This document shows, in pieces, positions 1 through 12,341 of a stretch of DNA of 64,000 bases. The DNA lies in the NCBI GenBank assembly GCA_028534125.1, contig CM052817.1, positions 73,782,001 to 73,846,000 of the forward strand. The letters are read 5' to 3'. The notes under the pieces are model-generated. The model did no database searches. It had not been told where the DNA came from and was given only the letters and a program-made list of their open reading frames with translations. Both the position numbers and the translations under genes were made by a program. This DNA comes from Lama glama (taxonomy: Eukaryota). Position 1 is the stretch's first letter. Every line of letters begins with the position of its first letter.

Positions 1-179
1 AATAAAACCTTGACATTAAAATGCAAAACAGTAATGATGTATCTTTTCAGGAGAGCAGGATAAGGACGTCACTAGGTGGACACAAACACAGAAACAGGGC
101 ACATTCCACTCTACTTCTGAATAAGAGAAAAAGGGCGATGAAATATGTTAGTTAATCCAGGAAGTCTACATGCAGAGAT

Positions 180-412
180 GCAGACTTTGAGAGACGCCAT
201 AGTCTAGTCCTGACGAACCTCTATTCTGTCACTGTTTGTGTGACCTTGGGCTTGTTACTTAACCTCTCAGTGACTCCAGTTTCCCAACTTTAAAATAGGG
301 ATAATAATATTGACTACACAGAGTCAATATAAAGATGAGGTGGTTTAGAACCCTGTGAAGTGCTTAGAACAGTGCCTGATACACAATAAATGCAATGTAA
401 ATGTTAGCTATT
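180..412 (+). mobile_element. MIR SINE, degenerate
   Basis: MIR core TGTGTGACCTTGGGC..TTACTTAACCTCTC..CAGTTTCC..TAAAATAGGGATAATAATA and tail GTGCTTAGAACAGTGCCTGATACACAATAAATGC..TGTTAGCTATTA. Confidence 0.8.
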
Positions 413-3400
413 ACCCTAATTATTAGGTATAATGGTATTACCTACTTAAGTTATGGAATAAGCAATAAATATTCTGGAGATCAATTGAGGGAAATATCTG
501 TTATTTTGACTGATCTCACATTGGAGCTGTGAGATCATTATCATCTGGAGGAGAGGTAGAGAAAAGATTGTGCAGCATTTCATCTTTAGTGATTAGTAAT
601 ATATAATTTTTCCTTAGTGTGATATAGGTTCAGAGCAAAGGGCATGAAGCTGAATAATTTAAAAAAAGCACTTGCTACAAACAAGAAAGAAAAATGATTA
701 TATTTATTGAACACATACCATGTGCCATGTACTGTTGTTGCCATTGGCGAGGCAATGAAACACTTTCCGTTTTATTCACTTTTTGGTAGTTAAAACAACC
801 CAACTAAAAAATATCACTTTTATTTTGTGTTATCTTAAATAATTAATTTTCTCTTTTCTGTTATTTTAACACAATTTACATTTTTCATCCCAGTATTTAT
901 TTAACAAATTTTTTAAAATATGATTTAATAAAAGAGTAAATGCTTCTTTTTAATTTCTTACTCATGAAAAACACATTTTGAAGGCTGAAGATAAAAAATT
1001 GCTTGCTTAGAAAAGTCCTTGTTTTCTCGCTTTCAACTGTTCAAACTACTCTCTCTGCATCTTCTTGGTATATTTCAGGTCCCAGCCTCTTAATACATTA
1101 CTGTATGTCAGGAAAAAGCAATTTTGGCAGAATGATTTTATTACTAGTATTTGCCATAATCTTTCAATTTACTGAGAAAATCATTTAAAACAGTATAAAT
1201 TTTCACAAACCATTTTACCAATTTTTTTGTCACCTTCTGATTTTGTAATTAGATACTGTTTGAGGCCACCCTACAGGATGCTATGAGCAATCTCACACAA
1301 TACAAGCTTTCTCAAGGGGTGTAGTTTATAGTGTTAGGAAAGGAAAACACTCTCTATTGACAAATCAAATTCTAATGTTAGACCTTTAAAGATACTTACA
1401 TCTAAACAACCTGATTCTGCACTTACATGATTTAGTAAAAATTCACTTGCCACAACCAAAAGAAAGATAAGAATTCTGTTCAATGGCAATGATGATGCCT
1501 TATGAACACAAACTAGGAGTTTTCCCTTTTGCAATTAGTCTTTTAAAAGATTGCCATTTGAAAGCTTAATAATAATTATTATCTCAGCATCCATGACAAT
1601 TTATTGGGCAGGCATGCTCCAGAAAGCACATCTAACAGACCAGCCTGGTGTTTGTTTCTGGGTGCATTTTGAAGCCACTGCATTCAGGCAGGACTATCAG
1701 AATATATTTTTGTTTAAAATCTGATTTTTAATGGAAGAATAAGAGATGGATGGGGCATACATACAGCCTCTTATGGATGAGCTTTGAAGGGTTACATCTT
1801 CCCTCAAAATCGTTTGGGTACAAATTATAGCTTTTCTATTTTGAGATCAAGAACTCTATGCACCCAGATTTTTAAGCAGATCTAATAACATTTTTTGATG
1901 GAAAGTGCTGCTGTAGGTACCTCTAGGTTGGAGTAGGGCAGACTCTGTCTCTGTAAGGATATGTCACACTCGCAGTTTCAGAAATAGCATGAATCAACCT
2001 TGTCACCTCAGATGCTAATTAGAGTTTATTTTCCTGGATGAGAACTCGCTTTCCATTCAGTGCCAACTCTTCCCCTGACATATATGCACCTGAGACAACT
2101 CTTCCAAAGAGCAGCCTCAGGCATGTTTAGACAACCAACTTCTGTGTCTTTTCTGTCTCTTGTATGAAATCAAGATTCTAGACGGCAATCAGCAAGTTTT
2201 CTTTTCCCAGAAATGACAATTCCCACCATCTATCACATTTCCCTTATTTCTGTGGCTGCCAAATCCAAGTGTTCTTATTGCACCAGTTCATTTTGTTCCT
2301 GCTTATCCCCCCACTGGATTTCTGCAACCAGAGTTTGTTCATAGAAGCCTTGATAGCCTTCTCTTGACTACAGATTATGTATTTTAACAATGTGTGTACC
2401 TAAAGTATTTTAAGTAACCTAAAGTTCTTCGTGAATGTGAATATGTTTGGAATTACCAATTATAAGTAATACCCCAAAGGACACTAAGTCTGGGTACGGG
2501 ACCGAATGGTTTCATTTGTTGTCTACGTGAGTTTTTGGATCATTACATTCATGTTAGTCATTCGTTGAGGTTATCTTTGGCAAGTTGTGAACTCAGATGT
2601 GTTAAGCAGCTGTTAAATATTGAGTATATCACTTGGGGCTGGTTATTTTAATGAATCTATTTCCTTTCTTGGTCTCAACACTGCCTGAGAGCACTGTCTG
2701 CTCTAACTCCCTAGCAGCTTTTAAAAGAGCTCAGATAAGGGTGAAGCAGCACAGACAAAAACCCACACTTAGTAGGGGAAGAGTCCTGTAGTAAGGCTTT
2801 TATTGCCCTTAAACTACTCTGTTGCTCAAACATTAATGGACCTGTTTATGTCCCCAGGTTTTGTTCTAATTTCTATTGGTGTAATATGATAGGAAATGAG
2901 ATGTTGGTTATATCCTGAATTGTTAATATCACATAAAAGGTAAGTCTGACTAGTGTTGAGTGACTGAAAAAACTTACAGCAAATATTTTGGAGTCAAAAG
3001 AAAGAAAACTTTTACTTGTAAAGACTAAGAAAGAATGTTTGAATCCCAATGGAGTCTGTCACTGTGTCTGTGTCTGCATGCCCTCAACTGTGTTTTAATT
3101 TTTAAATTAGCATGCAAAGTACTCTAATCATTAAATGGCAAAAAAATAATTAACATTGCTGAAGGAAGCAATGTCATTTCATTAAATATTTAAACTTTTT
3201 GGATGCGTGTCTCAGGCAATAAAAAATGCTATTTGATCACCTTCTATATTTATTAACAAAGCTAAGTCTACTAGTTGCAGCTGTTGACAGGATTATAAGA
3301 AATGTGGTTTTAGATACATTGGTCCAAATGAACCATGTAGTGTTTTGATATTAGATGTATTTTTGAAAACTCGGAGCAGCATTTTATTTTCTCAAAGGCA

Positions 3401-4385
3401 GTTGGGTAGAAATAAGAAAACTATTTGGTAAACATTAATTTATTTTTTTTGTATAATGTGTTGAGAGAAGTGAAAGAACTATAGATTATTTTGAGTATTT
3501 TAATTTCTAGTGAGTCAAAATTCTTTGATCCTTGTTAGATTTAATCAACCTCAAAATAATAAAACAGTAACCAATTAAATTAGTACTATAGCTGAATTCA
3601 GAATAATTACTTCAGGTTTATAGATTTTATTCTGTTGAGGAAAATAAAAGCACCCTACAGTGATTGTTATTGACTTAATTTTCTCAATATTATGAACTTA
3701 TACAGAGTAGTCAATATTTTTGCTTTTGGAGGTGACATTTCCTCTTGCTTCTAAGCTTCTGGGTCATTTATGAGGTTGCTCAAAAATACACATTTTAAAA
3801 GCATTTGCTACATATACCAAGTAAATTGTAATACATACTAAAGAGCTGATCCTAGTAATCTATGTTGTTCAGCAATTTGAACATCTAGAAAAAAATTATT
3901 TAAAGAAAATGTACCAGAGAATTAATTTCCACTTAATTTCAATATTCAAATATTAATTAGATTTATGTTAAAGTTTCATCTCTGATACTGAGGCATTTTT
4001 ATTACTTCTATAGAGATTAGTCAGGGCAAAACATCTGCAAATTTAATTTTAGTTGTTATCATTAAAATTATTTATTACATATACAATATAAAGGTATTTA
4101 TATAGATTATTATAAAATTTTATGTGATATAGTGAGGAAGCATTTAATCCAGGGTTAGATAAACTTGTCATTTCTATCAACAGCTTAAATAGAAGTTAGC
4201 ATTATATATGCAAAAATAATAATGGAAGAAAACTTATCACTGAATACTTTATTTTGTATTTGTCACTCACACAGAACAGAACTATTTTAAAATCTTATCA
4301 CTTGGAGGAGCAAATGTATTTCCTTACTCAAAATGATCCATTTGCTTTTTTATAGTTTAACCTCATTCTTGAAAGTCTATTTATA

Positions 4386-4667
4386 TTTTTATTTTTCCAA
4401 GTTAATTAAGAAATAATTGGCATATGTGACCATGTAAGTTTAAGGTGTACAGCATGATGGTTTGATTTACATATATTGTGAAATGATTACCACATAGGTT
4501 CAGCTAACACTTGTCTTCATATAGATATGATAAAAAGGAAAGAAAGAAAAAATTTTAAAAATTTTCTCCTTGTGATGAGAACTCATAGGATTTACTCTCC
4601 TAACAACTCTCCTAGATACCATACAGAAGTGTTAGCTATAGTCTTCATGTTGTACATTACATCCCTA
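4386..4667 (-). mobile_element. Old L1 (L1M-type) 3' end fragment
   Basis: T-rich start, then TTTAAGGTGTACAGCATGATGGTTTGATTTACATATATTGTGAAATGATTACCAC...GTGATGAGAACTC...ATGTTGTACATTACATCCC, typical of an antisense L1M 3' UTR. Confidence 0.75.
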
Positions 4668-4949
4668 TGAATACTTTTAGTTTTGTGAGACACTTTGTGA
4701 TACTACAGATTTCCTGGAAAATGCTTTTATTTTAAACTAATGGCAGTATAAGCTATATTTTAGTATAGATGTCAGTATCAACTTGGATGCCTTAAATTGC
4801 AAACAAGAAAAAGCTTAATGCATATTTGGGTAAATAAAAAATGGACTCTCTTAGCTTTCATGAATACAAAGTTCAAATATAAGGTAAACTCCAGTACTAT
4901 ATGGGCTTTTTTTGTCCCATCACTCTGCTTCCCCAACTGTCTTATTCAT

Positions 4950-5330
4950 AACCAAGGGCTCAGATTCTCTTTTTATCTTTGCTGTCATTTCTGCAATGCC
5001 AGCTTTATTCTAGGCTGGCTTGCCTTGTGGACTTAAGATTAGAGCCAGACATTTTCTTGTTCAGAGTTAAAATAAGAGAACTTTGTCCCAGCTTTCCAAA
5101 AGAGAATCCTGAGGTTGACTGATTGGGACATCTCTTGCCTAAACTTGAACCAGTCATTGTATCCCAGAGAATGGAGTGTGTTGATTGGCTTAAGTCATCT
5201 GAGGCTCTTCCTCGGGCTAGAAGATGAGAGAAGTTCAGCTTCTTGGAATGACATATACTACATGAGGAAGGATAGATACTCTAGGGAAAAACCAGGATGC
5301 TTTCAAAACAGAGAAAGGATCCTGAGTAGG
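4950..5330. mobile_element. Degenerate MaLR (MLT1-like) LTR
   Basis: CTGATTGG..CTTGAACCAGTCATTGTATCCCAGAGAATGGAGTGTGTTGATTGGCTTA resembles old MLT1 LTR ends; boundaries approximate. Confidence 0.45.
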
Positions 5331-5373
5331 CATCAAAAAATACCTACTACTGTATCTTGGGCATTCCAATTTG

Positions 5374-5470
5374 AAAATTCATTTGCTTTCTTCATTTAAA
5401 AAATTTCATTTACTTTCTTTTAAAATTCATTTGCTTTACCTATGGTTATTTAAAAATTCATTTGACTTCT
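5374..5470. repeat. Degenerate AT-rich tandem repeat (four AAAATTCATTTG-like units)
   Basis: AAAATTCATTTGCTTT / AAAATTTCATTTACTTT / AAAATTCATTTGCTTT / AAAATTCATTTGACTT at roughly 25-30 bp spacing. Confidence 0.6.
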
Positions 5471-6529
5471 TATTTTTTGTTTACAAATCCAAGAACATAA
5501 CCTATAAAATTATGCAGCCATAGTTTAACAGTTCATTTTTATAAAGTGAAACATAGAGATACATATTTTCAATATTATGGAGTCATGTGAGTATAAATAA
5601 AATACCACCAACCACTTCAGCTCCTTTGTAGAATGAATATATATAAGTCACCAGTTAAATTTAAATTTTAAACTTGAATAAGGGAGAAAAGGTTAAATCT
5701 AAGTTATCTACAGTTGTCAGGAACTGAGGGTAAAGTTGTTATTCAGAAGCTGCTTACTGGGTGCTCACTGGGTACTCAGCAGAGTTCTCACTGCTGTGGA
5801 GGATTCTAAACAAGTGCCAGGCAGGAAGCTGCTTTTAAAAAGTGGACAGGCTGCAATGCAAAGTCAAAACAAGCACACAAGAAACAAAGGCAAACAGCAG
5901 AAGATGGTAGATGATTTGGTACTAAATTGTATGGAACAGACTAGATCTAGAGAGGAAGGTTGAAATTGGCTAAATTCTGTTAATGAAAAATTCATAGACA
6001 ACCTGAGCCCAGCATTGAAAAGGAGATAAGGTCTGCAGAGTAGCAATTGAAACAGAAGACTTTCTACAAGAAGATTAGTTACAAGAATGGTAGGAGGTAC
6101 AGTTGAGCCTGGTGAGTGTAGAAATATTGGCGAGACAAGCTGGTCTGGAAAAACATCAGAATTCGCATTGAAGGTTTGTTCTTAATATGACAATGGGAAA
6201 GGATCTAAAAGATCTTCATCTTTAGCCATGGTCTGTGAAAACCGATCATTAATCATGGTTGGTAAGATGACAATCAATGTAGGAAAGTAGTTTGCTGAAA
6301 CAGCTTTTAGGAAGGTTAGCTCAGGTTGATGTATAGGGTGCACTGGAGCAAGTTATGTGAAATACATAAAATTATCCACATACATTCTTGGTAATTTATC
6401 CATGAGGAGGTGAAAGTGGTGATTATGGTAAACCCAATGGGAATGCATTTTCAGTGGTGTTTCTGATTGTTGACAATTGCCAGACATGACAAAACGTTGT
6501 CAGATTTACTGCTAAAACACATGAGAGAA

Positions 6530-6722
6530 TATTGTAGTAGAAAGAACATGCACTCTAGAATTAGTTTATGTGTGGGTTCAAATTCAGTTCTGCATTGTAA
6601 GTGGGGTGGAACTTCAGGCATGCTTCTTAATCCCTGTGAATGTTAATTTCCTTGAGTCATATAGGGATTTCTTACTTATTTCACTGGGCTGGTAGGGTTA
6701 AATAACAAATATAAAATGTGCA
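6530..6722 (+). mobile_element. MIR SINE, degenerate
   Basis: TGTAGTAGAAAGAACATGCACTCTAGAATTAG..TGGGTTCAAATTCAGTTCTGC head similarity. Confidence 0.5.
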
Positions 6723-7801
6723 GCCTTCTCTCTCTTCTACCACTACCCTAAATTTCTTGACCACTGGAAATAAAAACTGGAAGACTTCTGGTGCCTAAGA
6801 GTGCGCTTCGACAGTCTTCATCCACCAAGTCCTGACATTTCCAATACTGTCATCTCAAGTGAATGGCTTAGGAGAAGGCTAAGTGTTCGATTACCAGAGA
6901 AAAGTGTGATTGTTCTCTGGGTCAGTTTGATCCCAGGTGAAGGGGACAGCTTGAGGGGAGTGGAAGGAGCTCTGAGTTTGGAGTCCTTCAGGGTTCAGAC
7001 CCAGATCATACCACTTGTCGCTGTGCCCTTGGGTGAGTGACTATGAGCCATCATCTTAAATGGCCCTAATAGCATAATGGTGGGGATAACACAAGAGGAC
7101 ATAGTAAACACCCCATAAAATTTAACCTTCTTAGAAAGATTTAGTACATTAATCATTTAAATATCATCTAATAGTTTAGCTGTAAGCCTAGCTACAATCC
7201 TTTAAAGAGGACCTTTGGAGAGGAGATGGTTAAGATAATTTGTAACATCCTAACTCTAGGAAAGAATTGTCATATTCAGATTATCTGAGAAAATTTGTAT
7301 GACAGTTTAATTAATAAAATGTTTTTTAACTACTGAGCATGGGGACAAGCATATCTTTTGTTCTTTTGCCCTAAGCATACCCCCAGAGTACACAAAGTAG
7401 TCCTTATTTTTGTGACTACAATTAGTACCCATTCGTTTTTTACATCCTTTGCAGCTGCACATTTACGAGATATTTAGGGAAATAATTTGAATCATCCTGA
7501 CTTTAAAACTGCATGATAATTTTGGGATGCTTCCCAACCTTATCTTTCATAATGCTAATTCAAAAGAAGACAGTGCATAGTATCTGGGATAGAAGCTTAA
7601 TAGTAGTTCCCAACCAGTGCTAACCGGTGTGTGACAGAGGCCTCTCGGCATGTTATAGCTAAGGCTCCTGAAGAGTTCTGCTCTGTGAAAACACCTAAAT
7701 CTCAAGACTGACCTTCTTGTGAAAGACAAGTTTTCATCAAAAGGCGAATGCTGCTTTCCCTAAGTTCAAACACAGAGCTATCTATAATCATGCTGTTTTC
7801 T

Positions 7802-8383
7802 TTTTTTAATCATCATATATGTATTTTATTCAACTATAGTCAGTTTACAGTGTTGTGTCAATTTCTGGTGTACAACACAATGTTTCAGTCATACGTGAAC
7901 ATACATATATTCGTTTTCATGTTCTTTTTCACCACAATACTACAAGATACTGAATACTGTTCCCTGGGCTATACAGCATAAATTTGCGGCTCATCTTTAT
8001 CAGCGGTGCGCCACAGCGTGGGTGCAGACCCCCGCCTCGCCTCCGCGGACAGAGCGTGCGCAGGCCTGTTGTGAATGCCCGCCCCCGCTCCGCCCCGCCC
8101 CGCCCCCAGCGAAGGCGCCAGAACTCAGCTCGCTGCCTGTTCCAGAGGCGCGAGTCCAGGAAGGGTCCGGAGATAGCAAATCCACCCTCTCTGTCTGAGG
8201 TCGTAACCAGTCTCAGCCCTGCCAGATTTTGTGAGAATCCTACTGTATTTCGAAGCGAGAGACACTTTGCCAGAGTTCTGTAAGTGTTCCGTGCAGTTCA
8301 GTGGGTTTGTAGGTGTAAGTCTTGGTGTATTTGTGGGAGAGGGTGAGCTGAGGCTCTACTCTGCCATCTTGGCTCCTCCCCTC
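7802..8383 (-). mobile_element. Bipartite (internally deleted) L1-derived retroposon: L1 5' UTR fused to L1 3' end, with target-site duplication
   Basis: The minus strand starts GAGGGGAGGAGCCAAGATGGCAGAGTAG (L1 5' terminus with YY1 motif). The last ~190 nt align to the L1 3' ends at 31913-32180 and 41341-41913, with AATAAA (7825-7830) and an A-tail. The 13-bp TSD is at 7789-7801 / 8384-8396. Confidence 0.85.
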
Positions 8384-9065
8384 CGTGCCATTTTCTGCTG
8401 TTGGAATTGGCTGAGTAATTTGTTGATGTGTTTTCCGGTAGATGTAGAGACTGTATGTGATATTCTTTTTAACTGGCAAATGGCATATGGAATGAAGGGT
8501 ATTATAAATATTTAAAGCTGAATTTTCAAACTCTGTTAGATATAGATTGCTCCATTTAAGCAAATGTACACAACCTCCCTACTTCACACATTACTTCTTA
8601 CAAATACAAGGACTCTATCTTTTCTAGTTGCAAAATACCCTAAAGGAAAGTAACACATGACTGCCATGTTAGGCTGCCTCGTCTTTGTGTTTTCCAACAG
8701 TGATAGCTCGCAAAACTCACCATTCTTGTAGAAGGATCCCTGAGGTACCTCCTTGGAACACAACAGTTTACAAGCCATTGTCCTGGTAGTTAGGAAGTAA
8801 GGAAGACATTGCTGAACAGTCATAACTCACTTAACATCAAATAGAGTAGCCGTGCTTAATATTTTATTTTCAGAGTTTCTAGGGTAGATAGCATTTGAAG
8901 AGAGTTATATGACTAGAAAGTTTGAAGAAAAAAAAAAAAAGAAAAAACTGTCTAGGATCTGAATTTCTTTCCTAAAGAGAAAGGAAGCAGTACAGAGTAA
9001 GTGTGGTAAGAGGTGTAGTTCGCAAGGGAGGCCGTAGCCAGATCATATATGACCTTGTTGGATAT

Positions 9066-9598
9066 TATATTAGTTACTGCCACACAACAAATTACCCCAA
9101 AACTTAGTGACTTAAAAATTGTGATAAACATATATTATTATCACAGTTTCTGTGGACCAGGAATTCAGCCCTGGCTTAGCTGTGAAATTATGAGGCTGTA
9201 GTGAAGATGTTTCCCAGAGCTGATGCCATCTGAAGGCTTTCCTAGAACTGGAGGATTCATTCATTCCCATGGTAGCTTTTTCACATAGTTGGCAGATTGG
9301 TGCTGGTGGTTGGTGGGAAGTCTCAGTTCCTTCTCATGTGAGTCTCTCCACAGGCCACTTGAATGTCAGAATGACAAGGCAGCTCATTTCCTCCAGAACA
9401 GGTGATCCAAGAGAGACCTGTAGCAGGGCAGTGACTTTAATTCTTAGCCTCGTAAGCCATGCATCGTCAATTCCACCATAACTGATGCTTTGGAAGCGAA
9501 TTACTAAGTTGGCCCACATTCAAGGGAAGGGAATTAACTTCCACCTTTTGAAGGGAGAAGTGTCAGAGAATTTACAGACACATTTTAAAACCACCACA
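9066..9598 (-). mobile_element. MaLR solo LTR (MLT1F/G-like)
   Basis: TATTAGTTACTGCC..ACAAATTACCCCAAAACTTAGTGACTTAAAA..TCACAGTTTCTGTGGACCAGGAATTCAG at the start and CCACATTCAAGGGAAGGGAATT..TTTTAAAACCACCACA at the end. Confidence 0.8.
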
Positions 9599-10810
9599 GG
9601 CATAAAAAGAAACTTGGATCCTCTTCCACTTAATTGATTCACCCATTTATTCAACACCTACTATGTGGTAAGCATTGCTATGGGCATTGAATAAGGCTTC
9701 TCAGAGAGTGTGACACTTGTGTCAAGGCCTGAAAGACGAAAAGAAAAGGGTTAGAGTTTCCAAGCCTCTGCTTTACTTTCTGTCCACAGTAAATATGTCC
9801 ATTTACTTCTTACTAAACTTCTGGTCTCTCCTTAACCTCTGTAGCTGGCGAGTCCACTTAACAGTTGACTCAGTCTCTGGGTTACAATTTCCTCGACTGT
9901 AAAATGATGAGTCCCCTTTTAGCTGTAACATTTTCAGCTAGAAAAATAGAGCAATCTCTTTTAATCATTGAGATCTTCTTAATTTTAGCAGGATAGAACT
10001 GAAAAGAAGAACAAATAAAATAACAATGAGCTTTTACAAAGAAATTAATTAATACATCATTTGAAGTTTCCATAGTCAGTTTTTACTCTTTTAGCTCACA
10101 CTTGATCTGTGAAATTATCTAAAGCATATCTTTAGCTGGGTGGTAATAGGTTATATATGAATTGCAGTTATCTATGTTAACAGTCTGGTTGAGAGATCTT
10201 TGAATTCTTTTTTTAAAAAAATTTAGACCTGTAAGAGTTCTTTTCAAGATGCATTCTTGCATAAGCTTTTACTCATATTTGGTAATTTTACTTCCAGTTC
10301 TTTTTTTTTCATTCACTAGACTCGGTATTAGGCTTAGGGAGCAGAATTCCCCAAGTGAGATACATGCCTTTTGTAAATGCACTTCGGCTTCTGCCCAAAT
10401 ACCACATTTTTTGAGAGACAGGGAGAATGAAACAAGAATAGGGAAGAAAAACAAAACAAAACCAAAAACGGCAAAGGACATTTCATTTTCTGTAGATTTA
10501 CCATCTTGATTTCATTAAGGCTTCCTAATTCCTCTCAGGTCTGTTGGCTTGGGCCAGAGATACCTTTCTTCATGTTATTAATTGCTCACTCTTTAGTGCT
10601 CTGACAGCATTTTATTTACACATGTCTTTTGGCAATTATGGTATGTCTTGTGCTGTAGATGTTTCTGTGTATGTGTACTCAGTGAATTCTGTTTCATTAT
10701 TTGTTCTTGAAGGCAGGAACAATATTACGTCCATATTTGTTACTCTCAAAACACCTAGTCCAGTGCCAAGATGAAAAATTTTAGAACAAATTTGGTGCTA
10801 TTAAAAAGAC

Positions 10811-10982
10811 CTTTTTTTTAAAGCCCCCATCAAAAGAAAAACTATAAATGGTGACAGATGTTAACCAGACCTATTGTGGTGATCACTTCTCCATGTGCAC
10901 AAACATCAAATCATCGTGTTGTACACCTGAAACTAATATAATGCTATATGTCAGTTATATCTCACTTTTTTTTTAAAAAAAG
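10811..10982 (+). mobile_element. Old L1 (L1MB-like) extreme 3' end
   Basis: GGTGACAGATGTTAACCAGACCTATTGTGGTGATCACTTC..CAAACATCAAATCATCGTGTTGTACACCTGAAACTAATATAATGCTATATGTCAGTTATATCTCA. Confidence 0.8.
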
Positions 10983-11729
10983 ATTTTTTGAAATGAAAAA
11001 TAACATGGACTCATGTTAAGGGTAAAGTAATTTTAAATGATTTAGTATTTCAAGTCATCCAACTGATAAATTTTGATCTGTGTAATAAAAGAATAAGGCT
11101 CTATGTACTGACAAAATTTAGTCTGAAAAGTTAAGATTCTTTAAAAATTGGTAATAATGATAGTTTTTACAATTTTCAAAAATCATGACGTTGATTTTAA
11201 ATCATTCCTTACTTTTCATACTGACATTATTTGTCTCTGTATAGTTTATTTGAAGTAACATATAAATATCAATGGACTTACTTACATAAAAATGTCCCCC
11301 AAAGCTGTAATAAGTCTACATTTGATAGGGAGTTTATCAGCTCATGTTCATTCAATTTTCTCAGATAATCCAGTTACCAAAAAAAATTCTTTCCAATGGC
11401 TAAAGCCTGATTACTGGTTCATCATTAAATCACTAATGAAAATAGTAAAAATATTTTTGGTAATATTACAAGTGTTTGAGTTCTCTAAAGTATGATATAA
11501 TTTCTGGGTTTGAAGAAAAAGTTTTATAACTTTAATAAATCAGAAATATTATCAATGACTAATAAATCATACAGACTGAAACCATTTATAGTCTTTAAGT
11601 GGAATATAAATATGTGAATACTAAATGACATTTTGAAATCTCAAAATCATATTAATGTTTCTAATCCTCACTTCTCATCTGAATTATTATAAAAACCTTT
11701 CTATTCTCCCAGACTGTACTCTGGCCATT

Positions 11730-12341
11730 TTCCAATTCATCCTCCCCAACTCTGGCAAATTAATTTCTTTAAAATGCAAATGTGACCATGTCAGACCCCT
11801 GCTTAAAACCCTTTAGTGACTCCCAAGATTTCAGAATAAAATTCAGACTCCACTGCATGACAGGAGGGGGCTGATTGCTGCCTGTCTCAGCCTCCTCCCT
11901 CAACTAGTCACACTGAATTATCAGAAGAGCGCTATATGTTCAGTGCTTTCTCTTCTCACAGGGTTTCCTCTGTTTGAAATACCTTTCTTGCTTCTGTGCC
12001 TAAATTCAGTGTTTTCATAATTCAGCTCAAACCAAGTCACTCCCAGTATCTTCCAAGTGTCAGAACCAGTGATTTCCTTTGGATGTCATTTTTTATCCAG
12101 CTGAGCCCTGTGTCCTTGTATGTTCTTCTTATAGCCAACACTTTTTTTTTTAATTAAAGAAATTAACGTATGTGTTCACTGAATTGTAATACAGTAGTTT
12201 GCTTACTTGCCCATCTCAGCGTCTGTACTGTAAGCTCCTATAAAACAGGGAGCTTACATCTCTGAATTACCAAAGTTGAACACAGTGCCGAGCAGAGAAG
12301 TGTCACCAAACACAGTTTTGGGGAACAAATATAAATGAATG
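11730..12341 (+). mobile_element. L2 LINE 3' fragment
   Basis: TTTAAAATGCAAATGTGACCATGTCAGACCCCTGCTTAAAACCCTTTAGTGACTCCC..AGAATAAAATTCAGACTCC, then CTGTAAGCTCCT..AACACAGTGCC..AATGAATG L2 tail. Confidence 0.7.

Noticed and set aside
7984..8563. Cluster of 61-107 aa ORFs
   Set aside because: They overlap the L1-derived 5' UTR and show no ORF1/ORF2 or other protein similarity that I recognise.
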